NCBI GenBank assembly: GCA_965215005.1
Contig: CBDCCZ010000054.1
Span: forward strand, 1 to 64,000
Length of the DNA stretch: 64,000 nt
Reading direction: 5' to 3'
From: Kofleriaceae bacterium
GTDB lineage: Bacteria > Myxococcota_A > Polyangia > Haliangiales > Haliangiaceae
In this document: positions 63,687 to 64,000 of the stretch, one piece after another
Position numbering within the stretch: position 1 is the first letter of the stretch
Layout of the letters: the number at the start of each line of letters is the position of its first letter
Notes under the pieces: generated by a model
The model's database searches: none
Seen by the model: only the letters and a program-made list of their open reading frames with translations
Told to the model about the DNA's origin: nothing
Translations under genes and position numbers: made by a program

Positions 63687-63918
63687 TCTTGGGAGTTATG
63701 CGCAAAGCGCCTGGCGTAACGCGCAATCTCCAGCAAAGGGATTTCGCAGCGTTGTCGCAGTGAGCAACAGCGCGAGCGCAGTCTCCATCATGAAGGGTGT
63801 CGCGTGGATAGTTTGCAGGCTGCGCGCAGAGAGTTCCGCGCCAATAGCGCGACAAGATTCACCCGACCACGACCCCCTCTTTATAGGGCTATTTCGCGGT
63901 CGATCGGGCGTCCGTTCA

Positions 63919-64000
<82 letters not shown>

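Overview
High-GC bacterial chromosomal window spanning the replication origin, most likely from a myxobacterium (inferred from the parS palindrome type, a stand-alone CdnL, ECF sigmas, a Hanks kinase with TPR partners, and Cys-rich lipoproteins). The core is the conserved origin cluster mnmE-jag-yidC-yidD-rnpA-rpmH <> dnaA-[oriC]-dnaN-recF-gyrB. Two perfect parS sites lie about 10 kb left of oriC. mnmG, parA, parB and gyrA are absent from the window, rsmG is inverted, and bioF-bioA sit after mnmE. Other housekeeping genes: rnhB, mutM, rsmA, tsaD, pepA, fsa/tal, trmB, uvrB, thiE, pal/cpoB, selB, serS, tadA and four tRNAs (Ser-TGA, Ser-GCT, Arg-ACG, Ser-CGA). The best candidate for an undescribed system is the left-end operon: an M48 zinc peptidase translationally coupled to a bacterial dynamin-like GTPase, followed by a TPR-dynamin fusion. 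This parallels the mitochondrial OMA1-OPA1 pairing. Other notable items are an archaeal-type RNase HII, a phased 24-bp repeat array next to oriC, a DnaA with an altered box-recognition signature, a metzincin-like lipoprotein with substituted zinc ligands inside a kinase/TPR/HEAT cluster, and a ~1450-aa Zn-ribbon/LP[AT]PK-repeat/TM/TPR protein. No CRISPR array, rRNA, transposase or prophage was seen. All calls come from reading motifs by eye; no searches were run. Several start codons were moved downstream or upstream of the supplied ORF track.
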